Assembly: GCA_964410215.1 (NCBI GenBank)
Contig: CAYPHA010000001.1
Location: forward strand, 138,924 to 202,923
DNA: 64,000 nt
Origin: an uncultured Calditrichota bacterium
GTDB lineage: Bacteria; Calditrichota; Calditrichia; Calditrichales; CAYPHA01
Direction: 5' to 3'
Every line of letters starts with the position of its first letter. Position 1 is the first letter of the stretch. The position numbers were made by a program, and so were the translations under genes. The notes under the pieces were generated by a model. The model did not search any database and was not told the origin of the DNA. It was given only the letters and a program-made list of their open reading frames with translations. Below are positions 1 through 9,216 of this stretch, piece after piece.

Positions 1-943
1 CATCTTTGACGACAATCGTAACATCATCGGTTTTCAGGGGGTGACACGGGATATAACCGATCGAAAAAAAGCGGAGCAAGCCCTGCTCCTGACAAACCAG
101 AAACTGATCGAGGCCAACCGGGAATTAAAAGAAACGCAGGCCCAGCTGATTCAATCGGAAAAAATGGCCTCCCTGGGTCAGCTCACCGCCGGAATCGCCC
201 ACGAAATCAATAATCCGGTAAACTATGTCTATACAAGTGTCTTACCCCTTTCGCGGGACATGGAAGAAATCAAAACGTTCGTCGATAAGTGCCTCCAGTT
301 TGCCGATGGTTCCGACGCGAATATCACAATGGAGGATCTTAAAACGTGCGCGGTGGATCTGGACATCGATTATGTTTTTGAGGAAGTATTTTCTCTTGTA
401 ACAGGTATTCGGGAGGGTGCCAACCGGACAAAAGAGATTGTGGAAGGACTGCGCAATTTCTCCCGCCTGGATGCGGATACACTCAAGCCGGCTGATATCC
501 ATGAGGGGATCGATGCTACATTGAAGCTTCTGCATAACCAGATAAAGCATCAGGTACGCATTCACAAATCATATTCGGATTTACCTCCGATCGACTGTTA
601 TCCGGGCAAACTGAATCAGGTCTTCATGAATATCCTGCTCAATGCACTGCAGGCCATCGCGCATGATGGTGATATTCATATTAAAACCTGGTCTGACGCT
701 GTATATGTATATATTTCGATACGGGATAGCGGGAAAGGCATACCGGCGGACATACAGTCGCGTATCTTTGAACCGTTTTTTACAACGAAGGAAATCGGGC
801 AGGGGACCGGACTGGGCCTTTCTGTCAGTTACGGAATCATCGAGCAACATAAAGGGAATATCCGCGTAAAAAGCAAAGTAAATGAAGGAACGGAATTCAT
901 TGTGAGCATTCCGTTGAATCTTGCTCAAAAAATGAAGGCATGA
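1..943 (+). CDS. sensor histidine kinase, N-terminus lies outside the window (PAS end, HisKA, HATPase_c)
   Basis: The frame is open from nt 2. IFDDNRNIIGFQGVTRDITDRKKAEQAL is a typical PAS end plus linker. H-box ASLGQLTAGIAHEINNP, N-box MNILLNALQA, G-boxes RDSGKGI and GTGLGLS. The GTG at 41 used by the ORF track is internal. Confidence 0.9.
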   Translation, partial: IFDDNRNIIGFQGVTRDITDRKKAEQALLLTNQKLIEANRELKETQAQLIQSEKMASLGQLTAGIAHEINNPVNYVYTSVLPLSRDMEEIKTFVDKCLQFADGSDANITMEDLKTCAVDLDIDYVFEEVFSLVTGIREGANRTKEIVEGLRNFSRLDADTLKPADIHEGIDATLKLLHNQIKHQVRIHKSYSDLPPIDCYPGKLNQVFMNILLNALQAIAHDGDIHIKTWSDAVYVYISIRDSGKGIPADIQSRIFEPFFTTKEIGQGTGLGLSVSYGIIEQHKGNIRVKSKVNEGTEFIVSIPLNLAQKMKA

Positions 944-958
944 TAAGGGAAACGGCAT

Positions 959-2050
959 ATGACGGGTAATGATCAATACGGCATTCTATATATTGATGAT
1001 GAAAAACATAATCTTGTTGCTTTTAAAGCTACGTTTCGTAGAGCATATAAAATATATATCGCTCAAAATGCTGAAGAAGGATTTGAAATTTTAAAAAGGG
1101 AAAATATCGCTTTGATCATTACGGATCAGCGGATGCCGGAAATGACCGGCATACAATTTCTGGAAAAAATAATTCCCATGTATCCCGATGTCATCCGGAT
1201 GATTTTGACCGGATTCAGTGATATGCAGGCGATTGTTGATGCAATCAATACAGGGCGTGTGTTTCGGTATATTAAAAAACCGTGGGATGAGAATGAGCTG
1301 AAAATGACCATCGATAATGCCCTGCATTTATACACACTTCAGCAGATGAACACCGATATCCTGATGGAGTTGCAACAGAAGATTAATGAGCAGGAGCGGA
1401 CGCTTCGCCTGTTTCAGAAGTATGTTCCCCAGGAAGTGGTTGAAAAAACACTCAGGGTCAGTGAGGATTCGATACTCGACGGTGAATTGCGCAATGTGAC
1501 CGTCCTGTTTTGCGACATCCGTGGATTTACAAATCTCAGTGAGCAATTATCGCCTAAGGAAGTCGTTGATTTCCTGAATATTTACTATACCGTCATGAGC
1601 GATGTGATTAAACGGCATAACGGTGCAGTGAATCAATATGTAGGTGATGAGGTATTCGCCTGTTTTGGTGCGCCCAACGTTCTGGCCGATCCGGAGGAGA
1701 GGGCTGTTTTATGCGCCATGGATATGATTGAAACACTTGAAAAACTGAACGAAAAATGCCGGGAACGTTTCAATACCTGTGTGGAAGTCGGGATCGGTAT
1801 AAACAGTGGTGAGGTTGTTGCGGGCAATGTCGGCTCCGAGGTATATATCCGCTATTCCCTTACCGGTGATACCGTGAATACGGGAAAACGTATTGAAAGT
1901 CTGACCAAAGACTTCCCAAACACGATATTACTGAATAAAAATGTATCGGCGCGGGTGAAACACCTTGTTCAATTGAAACCCTGGGAGCCTGTGAAGGTTA
2001 AAGGTAAAAAAGAAAAGCTCTATCTTTTCGAAGTGTCCGGCCGACTGTAA
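959..2050 (+). CDS. response-regulator receiver fused to a class III adenylate/guanylate cyclase
   Basis: Receiver motifs ILYIDDE, LIITDQRMPEMTG and IKKPW. Cyclase motifs VTVLFCDIRGFTNLSE, VGDEVFACFGAP, GINSGEVVAGNVGS and SLTGDTVNTGKRIES. SD-like aaggga upstream; the gene starts 15 nt after the kinase stop. Confidence 0.9.
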   Translation: MTGNDQYGILYIDDEKHNLVAFKATFRRAYKIYIAQNAEEGFEILKRENIALIITDQRMPEMTGIQFLEKIIPMYPDVIRMILTGFSDMQAIVDAINTGRVFRYIKKPWDENELKMTIDNALHLYTLQQMNTDILMELQQKINEQERTLRLFQKYVPQEVVEKTLRVSEDSILDGELRNVTVLFCDIRGFTNLSEQLSPKEVVDFLNIYYTVMSDVIKRHNGAVNQYVGDEVFACFGAPNVLADPEERAVLCAMDMIETLEKLNEKCRERFNTCVEVGIGINSGEVVAGNVGSEVYIRYSLTGDTVNTGKRIESLTKDFPNTILLNKNVSARVKHLVQLKPWEPVKVKGKKEKLYLFEVSGRL

Positions 2051-2068
2051 CGCGGTATTCCTATTGCG

Positions 2069-2917
2069 TTATCTTCTTTTTAACTTTTCCCAGTCTTCCG
2101 GACGCAACTGCTCCAGAAAATTGAACTCGCCTGCTCCGGCCAGCCATTCCCCGCCGTCGATGGTTATGACTTCTCCCGTGATGTAACCGGACTGTTCGGT
2201 TACCAGATAAACAGCCAGGTGGGCCAGCTCCTCGTGTTTACCAACTCGCTTCAACGGGATCCGGTTGACCATATGCTGTTCAAATTTCGGATCCGGCATC
2301 AACCGTTCCCAGGCCCCTTTTGTCGGGAAGGGACCGGGGGCAATGGCGTTTAAGCGGATCTTATATTTTCCCCATTCTGCGGCCAGTGAACGTGTCAGGT
2401 TCAGCACACCGGCTTTGCTGACGGAAGAAGGAACGACATAGCCCGAACCGGTCGAAGCATAGGTCGTAACGATACTGAGAACCGTTCCGGGTATTTTCTC
2501 ACGAATCCAGTATTTACCCATGGCCAGCGTGGCATAATAACTGCCTTTCAGAACGATCTCTACGATGGTATCAAAGGCCCGGTAGCTGAGCTGTTCCGTG
2601 GGTGAGATGAAATTTCCGGCGGCATTGTTCACCAGGATATCGATCTGTCCGAAACGGTCGCACCCGGCCTCTATGGTTTTTTCTATCTGCCGGTATTTCC
2701 GCACATCCAGTTCCAGAGGCAGAACAGGATTCCCGGTCTCTTTCTCGATCTCTGCTGCTGTTTCCTGCAGGATATCCCGTTTGCGGCTGGCTATAATGAG
2801 ATTCGCTCCGAGTCCGGAGAACATGGTGGACATGGATTTTCCCAGGCCGGTGCCCCCGCCGGTAACCAGGATGGTTTTGCCCTTCAGCAATTGTGTGTCA
2901 AATAAGGTGTTTTTCAT
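2069..2917 (-). CDS. SDR-family oxidoreductase (2,4-dienoyl-CoA reductase-like)
   Basis: VTGGGTGLGK Rossmann motif, NNAAGNF, active-site region SSVSKAG and PGPFPT. 282 aa. Confidence 0.85.
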   Translation of the reverse strand: MKNTLFDTQLLKGKTILVTGGGTGLGKSMSTMFSGLGANLIIASRKRDILQETAAEIEKETGNPVLPLELDVRKYRQIEKTIEAGCDRFGQIDILVNNAAGNFISPTEQLSYRAFDTIVEIVLKGSYYATLAMGKYWIREKIPGTVLSIVTTYASTGSGYVVPSSVSKAGVLNLTRSLAAEWGKYKIRLNAIAPGPFPTKGAWERLMPDPKFEQHMVNRIPLKRVGKHEELAHLAVYLVTEQSGYITGEVITIDGGEWLAGAGEFNFLEQLRPEDWEKLKRR

Positions 2918-2973
2918 AACAGCTTTCCAGCCAGTTTTTTGAATAAATATGATGGATTATAGAAATATAGATG

Positions 2974-3041
2974 AACCATAGAGGACAAAAAGTAAACACA
3001 TATCAATATAAAATAATTGTTAACTCTGTGTCCTCTGTGGT
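2974..3041. repeat. small element bounded by terminal inverted repeats, copy A (about 68 bp)
   Basis: AACCATAGAGGACA (2974-2987) pairs with TGTCCTCTGTGGT (3029-3041), 13-bp arms with 1 mismatch. The right end CTCTGTGTCCTCTGTGGT is the reverse complement of the left end of copy B at 45512, apart from 1 mismatch and 1 indel. Confidence 0.45.
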
Positions 3042-3064
3042 AGTTAATACCTTGTTCGAAGGAT

Positions 3065-4834
3065 CTATAATTCGACGATCAACACCTTTTTTTCGCCGTC
3101 GCGCATGACATCCACACTGATACGCTGACCTTTTTTGAACTCCTGCAAACGGTTCATATAATCATAGATGTTGTCGACCGGCTTGCCGTCCATGGCCACG
3201 ATGATATCGCCCTTTTCCATGCCCGCCATGGAGGCCGGGCGTCCGTCCATTACGACTTCCGCGCGTAAACCTTTGATGTCACTGGCGGCGATATCAGGCA
3301 TGATACCCAGGGTAACTTTAAATTTATATCGTCCGCCGGAGGGGCGTTCTTTGGGACCGGCTTCCCGGAAAGCAAAAGATCGCTCCCGGTTGGCGATGTC
3401 GAACACCATATCATAGACCAGGTCCGTGATGGCTTTTAACCCGTCAAATTCGATTTTATCCACATCATCCGCCGGTGTATGGTAAAATTCGGTGGTACCG
3501 GAGAAGAAAAACAGCACGGGAACATCTTTGGCATAAAAAGAGGAATGGTCCGACGGTCCGTATCCTTCTGTGGATTCCTTGATTTCGATACCGCGATCGG
3601 AAGCAAAATTCCTGACCATTTCACTCAATCCGTCACCGGTGCCCGTCCCGCCGATGGTAACGGCTTCATCTTCCCGGTTATATCCGCCGATCATGTCCAG
3701 GTTGATCATGAATGTGGCCTTTTTGAGGTCGGTGATGGCATGCTCGGCATAATATTTGGAACCGAGCAGGCCCATTTCTTCAGCACCAAAGGCGATAAAA
3801 AGAATACTGCGTTTTAACTGATCCTTATTTGCAGCTATTTTCTCCAGTATTTCAACAATAGCCGCTGTTCCGGAAGCATTATCATCGGCTCCGTTATGGA
3901 TAGCGCTTGTGTCCGGCCTGCGCGAACCGCTGCCCGGGCCACCCATGCCCAGATGATCATAGTGCGCGCCAATAATGACATATTCGTTTTTTAATAGAGG
4001 ATCTGAGCCCTCGAGATAGGCCACTACGTTCTGGGTCTTTACATGCTCACGGACAATTTCGGTTTGGGCTGTAATTTCCAGGGGGATCTCGAAACTATGA
4101 GGCGTCTTTCTATCGATTAACTCTGATTCCAGGCTGTCGATAACCTGGTTCGCAGGTTCCAATAACTGATCCGCAATAGACCGTTTTATGTGAAGCACCT
4201 GTAAACCGGCAGGGACACGGGCTTGGTCGATATTGATTTCCATCAGCTCATCGGTTTCATCAAATGTATTACCGGAAACAAAAAGCACCCCCGCGGCGCC
4301 GTGGTCCCGGGCGACCAGAACCTTTTTACGCAAGGATACATAAGGATCATAGGCAGAATCCTCACTATCCGGTCCACCGCGCAAGATCATGACATATTTA
4401 CCCGTAACGTCCACATCATCATAGTCGTTCCAGGAGAGGCTGTCGGTTTCAAAATCGAATCCATATCCGGCAAAAGCAACCGGTGCGGTGATCAGGGTAT
4501 CACGGGTAAAGGAAACCGGCAAAAAATCTTCTCCGGCTATGCCTTTCGATTTGCCAAAGGAAAGCGTATTATCCGGTCCGGCCTGTATAGCGACGAGTAC
4601 GTCGAAATACTGATACCCCTCATCGCCGAGCAGCCGGGCTCCGGTTTTTTTCAGTTGTCCGCGGATGTAGGCCGCCGCTTTCCTGCCGCCATCACTTCCG
4701 GGCTTGCGCCCCGCGAGTTCGTCAGACGCCAGATAGGAAATATGATCCTTGAGCTCTGGAATCGTGATGTCATCCTGGGCGACTACCAGTGAAGAAAGAA
4801 GCAGAAACGATACGAAAATAACGAGCCATTTCAT
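3065..4834 (-). CDS. secreted M28-family aminopeptidase with a PA-like insert and a C-terminal PDZ domain
   Basis: Signal peptide MKWLVIFVSFLLLSSLVVAQD. M28 metal-ligand blocks IIGAHYDHLG, GADDNASG, FGAEEMGLLGS, NLDMIG and SDHSSF. PDZ-like GMEKGDIIVAMDGKPV. ATG at 4834 has gaggg upstream; the track start at 4861 is a TTG. Confidence 0.85.
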   Translation of the reverse strand: MKWLVIFVSFLLLSSLVVAQDDITIPELKDHISYLASDELAGRKPGSDGGRKAAAYIRGQLKKTGARLLGDEGYQYFDVLVAIQAGPDNTLSFGKSKGIAGEDFLPVSFTRDTLITAPVAFAGYGFDFETDSLSWNDYDDVDVTGKYVMILRGGPDSEDSAYDPYVSLRKKVLVARDHGAAGVLFVSGNTFDETDELMEINIDQARVPAGLQVLHIKRSIADQLLEPANQVIDSLESELIDRKTPHSFEIPLEITAQTEIVREHVKTQNVVAYLEGSDPLLKNEYVIIGAHYDHLGMGGPGSGSRRPDTSAIHNGADDNASGTAAIVEILEKIAANKDQLKRSILFIAFGAEEMGLLGSKYYAEHAITDLKKATFMINLDMIGGYNREDEAVTIGGTGTGDGLSEMVRNFASDRGIEIKESTEGYGPSDHSSFYAKDVPVLFFFSGTTEFYHTPADDVDKIEFDGLKAITDLVYDMVFDIANRERSFAFREAGPKERPSGGRYKFKVTLGIMPDIAASDIKGLRAEVVMDGRPASMAGMEKGDIIVAMDGKPVDNIYDYMNRLQEFKKGQRISVDVMRDGEKKVLIVEL

Positions 4835-4909
4835 CAGGAAACCCTCATATAAGAATATCAAAATTCTTTAAAACACAGAAGGGAATTTAATAATTCCAAA
4901 CTGTTATTG

Positions 4910-7900
4910 CTAATGATATTCATCCCAGCTTTTAATCTGCAGGTCCTCCGGCTTTTTACGTGAAATCGCTTCCACAAGGCGCATGGCGATCTGACGGTTG
5001 GTGATCAGCATGACATTATAATCAACCGCCGCGCGACGGATCAGGTAACCGTTGGTCAACTCATCCTTCTGGTAATTTTTCGGGATGTTGATGACCAGGT
5101 CGATTTTCCCGTCCTTTATATAATCGATGACATTGGGCTGTTTTTCATCGAGCGGCCAGTGCAGCATTTTCGCCTTTATCTTATTCTGTTCAAGAAATTT
5201 GGCCGTTCCGCCGGTTGCGAACAGTTTGATGCCCATTCGCTGCAGCAGGGCGACGGACTCCAGCAGTTCCGCCTTCGATTCAATCGGACCGGTCGACAGC
5301 AGAATATTTTTAAACGGGAAACGGTACCCCACGGCGGCCAGGGATTTAAGGTAGGCTTCGTCGAAGTCGTCACCGATACAGGCCACTTCACCTGTGGAAG
5401 CCATTTCCACCCCGAGCGTCGGATCCGCTCCGGCCAGGCGCATAAAGGAAAACTGGGGCGCTTTCACCCCCACATAGTCCAGCTCGAATTGGGACCGGTC
5501 CGGCGTTTTGTAGGGGGCATCCATGATGATGCGTGTTGCCGTTTCGATGAAGTTGAGCTTTAGAATTTTGGAAATGAAGGGGAAACTACGCGACGCACGC
5601 AGGTTACATTCGATGACCTTGACTTCGTTTTGTTTGGCGATAAACTGGATATTGAAAGGTCCATTGATCTTCAGGGCCTCTGCGATCTTATTGGTGATCT
5701 GACGGATGCGGCGGATGGTTTCCAGGTAAACACGCTGCGGCGGAAAGACCAGGGTGGCGTCACCGGAATGGACGCCGGCATTTTCGACGTGTTCCGAGAT
5801 GGCATAGATTTCCACTTTACCGTCTTTGGCCACTGCATCGATCTCGATTTCCTTGGCATTTTCCAGAAATTTACTGATGACCGTCGGATGTACGGGTGAA
5901 ATGGTCACGGCTTTGTTCAGATACCGTTCCAGTTCTTCGTCATTGGAAGCAACGGCCATGGCCGCCCCGCTGAGCACATAGGAAGGTCGCACCAGTACCG
6001 GGTAACGCACCTCTCCGGCAAATTCCAGGGCATCCTGGATGGAGGTCAGCTCTTTCCAGACCGGCTGATCGATATCAAGTTTATCCAGCAATGATGAAAA
6101 CGTATGCCTGTTTTCGGCTTTATCGATGCTTTCCGCCGAAGTACCAAGTACCGGAACGCCGGCCTTGTGCAGGTCCAGGGCCAGGTTATTGGGGATCTGG
6201 CCGCCCACCGAGATAATCACGCCTTCCGGGCGCAGTTTCCTGTAGACTTCGATAACGCTTTCCAGGCTGATTTCATCGAAGATGAGTTTTTCGAACTGAT
6301 CATAATCTGTGCTGACGGTTTCGGGATTATAATTGAGCATGATGGTTTTCAACCCGATGTCTTTCAGGGTGAGACCGGCGTTGACGCAGCACCAGTCGAA
6401 TTCGACAGAGCTCCCGATACGGTATGCACCGGAACCCAGGATCATAACCGATTTTTCGGTATCCGGTTCCGCATCGTCTTCCATACCGTTATAGGTCATA
6501 TAAAGATAATTGGTATGTGCCGGATATTCCGCGGCCAGGGTGTCGATCTGACGGATAAACGGCTGGAGCCCGGCGGCGTGGCGGCAGTCGCGCACCTCCT
6601 TTTCGGTTTTTTGGGAGAGGATGGCAACCTGCCGGTCTGAAAAGCCGGCCTGTTTTGCTTTCAGCAAAAGAGCTCTGGGAATTTGTTGATCATTAAACAG
6701 GGAAATCTGGTCGGCAATTTCGGCAACACGCTGCAACTTGAACAGGAACCACTTATCGATATGGGAGAGGCTGTACACTTCATCGACCGTGAATCCCTGC
6801 TGGAAGGCGGTAACGATGCCGAAGATGCGTTCCTCGGTCGGCGCTTTGAGTTCATCGGTCAGGTCATCGAACTGAAAGGTGGAATTGGCGACGAGGCCGT
6901 TGGCGCCGATTTCCAGCATGCGCAGGCCCTTCTGAAGGGCTTCTTCGAAATGGCGTCCGATAGCCATGATTTCACCGACGGATTTCATACCCGAACCGAT
7001 TTTCCGCGAAACAAGGCGGAATTTCTTCAGGTCCCACCGGGGTATCTTTACCACCACATAATCAAGGGCTGGTTCGAAAAAGGCCGAGGTGGATTTAGTG
7101 ATCGCGTTGCGCAGCTCAGGCAGGGTAAAGCCGAGTGAAAGCTTAGCAGCGACAAATGCCAGGGGATAACCGGTGGCTTTGGATGCCAGCGCCGAACTTC
7201 TTGACAAGCGCGCGTTCACTTCAATAACACGATAATCCTCGGAGCGCGGATCAAGGGCGTACTGGATATTGCACTCGCCGATAATACCCAGGTGACGAAT
7301 CACCTTGATGGCCACATCGCGCAGTTTCTGGTATTCGCGGTTGGTAAGCGTCTGGCTGGGTGCCACAACGATACTTTCTCCGGTATGGATGCCCATGGGA
7401 TCGAAATTTTCCATGTTGCAGACGGTGATGCAGTTGTCAGCCCGGTCACGGACGACTTCGTATTCGATTTCTTTCCAGCCGGACAGGTATTCTTCTATCA
7501 GGATCTGCGGTGTATGGGAGAGCGCTTTCCTGCTCAGTTCCAGCAGTTCCGCCTCATCGGCGCAGACGCCGGAACCCAGGCCACCCAGTGCATAGGCGAT
7601 CCGGACCATGACGGGATAGCCGATATCCTGTGCAACTTTTGTGGCCTCATCAGGGGTGGTGGCAATGCCGCTGCGGCAGGTCAGTACGCCGATTTCGTTC
7701 AGCCGGTCCACGAAACGCTGCCGGTCTTCCGTATCCATGATGGCCTGTACATTCGTGCCGAGCACCTGAACATTGTGTTTTTTAAGAATGCCTTTATGAA
7801 ACAGGTCCAGACCCGCATTCAGGGCCGTCTGGCCTCCGAAGCTGAGCAGAATTCCCTGCGGCTTTTCTTTTTCTATCACTTTCTCGATATACTCGGTGGT

Positions 7901-8101
7901 GACGGGCAGAAAATAGACTTTATCGGCCAGGTGGTCCGAGGTTTGAATGGTAGCGATATTGGGATTAATCAGAACGGTATAGACTTTTTCTTCCTTAAGC
8001 GCCTTGATGGCCTGGCTGCCGGAGTAGTCGAATTCGCCGGCTTCACCGATTTTCAATGCCGCGCTTCCCAGCACGAGTACTTTTTTAACTTTTTTAGCCA
8101 T
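4910..8101 (-). CDS. carB: carbamoyl-phosphate synthase large subunit
   Basis: 1063 aa. N-terminus KKVLVLGSAALKIGEAGEFDYSGSQA, duplicated ATP-grasp halves and an MGS-like C-terminus. The start overlaps the carA stop by 1 nt (TAATG). Confidence 0.97.
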   Translation of the reverse strand: MAKKVKKVLVLGSAALKIGEAGEFDYSGSQAIKALKEEKVYTVLINPNIATIQTSDHLADKVYFLPVTTEYIEKVIEKEKPQGILLSFGGQTALNAGLDLFHKGILKKHNVQVLGTNVQAIMDTEDRQRFVDRLNEIGVLTCRSGIATTPDEATKVAQDIGYPVMVRIAYALGGLGSGVCADEAELLELSRKALSHTPQILIEEYLSGWKEIEYEVVRDRADNCITVCNMENFDPMGIHTGESIVVAPSQTLTNREYQKLRDVAIKVIRHLGIIGECNIQYALDPRSEDYRVIEVNARLSRSSALASKATGYPLAFVAAKLSLGFTLPELRNAITKSTSAFFEPALDYVVVKIPRWDLKKFRLVSRKIGSGMKSVGEIMAIGRHFEEALQKGLRMLEIGANGLVANSTFQFDDLTDELKAPTEERIFGIVTAFQQGFTVDEVYSLSHIDKWFLFKLQRVAEIADQISLFNDQQIPRALLLKAKQAGFSDRQVAILSQKTEKEVRDCRHAAGLQPFIRQIDTLAAEYPAHTNYLYMTYNGMEDDAEPDTEKSVMILGSGAYRIGSSVEFDWCCVNAGLTLKDIGLKTIMLNYNPETVSTDYDQFEKLIFDEISLESVIEVYRKLRPEGVIISVGGQIPNNLALDLHKAGVPVLGTSAESIDKAENRHTFSSLLDKLDIDQPVWKELTSIQDALEFAGEVRYPVLVRPSYVLSGAAMAVASNDEELERYLNKAVTISPVHPTVISKFLENAKEIEIDAVAKDGKVEIYAISEHVENAGVHSGDATLVFPPQRVYLETIRRIRQITNKIAEALKINGPFNIQFIAKQNEVKVIECNLRASRSFPFISKILKLNFIETATRIIMDAPYKTPDRSQFELDYVGVKAPQFSFMRLAGADPTLGVEMASTGEVACIGDDFDEAYLKSLAAVGYRFPFKNILLSTGPIESKAELLESVALLQRMGIKLFATGGTAKFLEQNKIKAKMLHWPLDEKQPNVIDYIKDGKIDLVINIPKNYQKDELTNGYLIRRAAVDYNVMLITNRQIAMRLVEAISRKKPEDLQIKSWDEYH

Positions 8102-9174
8102 TAAGCAAGCCTCCCGATAAATTCATCAAACAAAAACGCAGTGTCATTCGGGCCGGGTGCCGCTTCCGGATGAAACTGCACGCTGGAAAACAGGCCCGAT
8201 GCATGCATGAGTCCCTCGCTGGTCTCATCGTTCAGGTTGATGAACGAGGGTTTCCATTTCGCCGGCAGATCCGTGGTGTCCGTCACATAACCATGATTCT
8301 GGGAAGTGATATAGCATTTAGACGTCTCGAGATGCATGACCGGCTGGTTCTGGCTGCGGTGGCCGTATTTCATTTTAAACGTATCCAGCCCGATGGCCAG
8401 CGACAGGATCTGGTGTCCCAGGCAGATGCCGAAAGTCGGGACGCCGTTGTTAATCAGTCCCTGTACCTGTTCTATGGTTTCCTTACAGGTTTTGGGGTCC
8501 CCGGGACCGTTGGATATCAATACCCCATCTACTTTTTCGTCGAGAGCCGGGTAATTCCAGGGTACCATCAGTACCTCGACGTTACGGTTGATCAATTCTT
8601 TGACGATGCTGCGTTTACCGCCACAATCAATGACCATGATCCGTTTCCCGCCTTTGCCGAAACGCTGCGGTTTATCGATACTGGCCCGGGCGACCAGGTT
8701 GTGCTGCTGGGGATCGAACAGGGGGACGTCTTTGTCATCCAGGATGATCTTTCCCAGCATGGTGCCTTTTTCGCGCAGCCGTTTGGTCAGGGCCCGGGTA
8801 TCGATGCCGGCGATAGCCGGGATTTTCTGGTTATACAACCACTGGGCCAGGCTGGTATCCGCATTCCAGTGATGATACTGATGGGAATAGTCAGAAACGA
8901 CCAGACCGCTGACCTGACCGGATTCCGCCTCATAAAAGGCCGGAAGGCCTTTTATCATCTTCTGGTGATCGGGCATACCGTAATTGCCGATCAGAGGATA
9001 GGTCAGGGTAAGGATCTGACCTTTATACGACGGATCGGTGAGTGACTCCGGATATCCGACCATCCCGGTACAGAAAACCACTTCCCCCGAAACCGATTCC
9101 TGGAATCCGAAGGAAGTCCCTTCGAAGACCGAATCGTCCTCCAGTATGAGTTTTGCACTTTTTTCTTCGATCAT
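8101..9174 (-). CDS. carA: carbamoyl-phosphate synthase small (glutaminase) subunit
   Basis: 357 aa. Class I GATase triad context FGICLGHQIL and VQFHPEAAPGP. SD agggag lies before the ATG. Confidence 0.97.
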   Translation of the reverse strand: MIEEKSAKLILEDDSVFEGTSFGFQESVSGEVVFCTGMVGYPESLTDPSYKGQILTLTYPLIGNYGMPDHQKMIKGLPAFYEAESGQVSGLVVSDYSHQYHHWNADTSLAQWLYNQKIPAIAGIDTRALTKRLREKGTMLGKIILDDKDVPLFDPQQHNLVARASIDKPQRFGKGGKRIMVIDCGGKRSIVKELINRNVEVLMVPWNYPALDEKVDGVLISNGPGDPKTCKETIEQVQGLINNGVPTFGICLGHQILSLAIGLDTFKMKYGHRSQNQPVMHLETSKCYITSQNHGYVTDTTDLPAKWKPSFINLNDETSEGLMHASGLFSSVQFHPEAAPGPNDTAFLFDEFIGRLA

Positions 9175-9216
9175 AAGCTCCCTGCAATTTATTAATGTTT
9201 CTTACTTTTATATTCT

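Noticed and set aside
2048-2075. TAACGC...GCGTTA hairpin between the convergent cyclase and SDR genes, considered as a bidirectional terminator
   Set aside because: It has only a 6-bp stem with a 12-nt loop and no flanking U-tracts. That is insufficient support.
7292-8104. 270-aa plus-strand ORF (and 5159-5563, 6104-6640, 6683-7138) inside carB
   Set aside because: These are antisense shadow ORFs of a confidently identified, highly conserved gene. Their translations are low-complexity (G/D/F/A-rich) with no motifs.
8170-9045. 291-aa plus-strand ORF opposite carA
   Set aside because: This is an antisense shadow of carA with no start context or recognisable domain.
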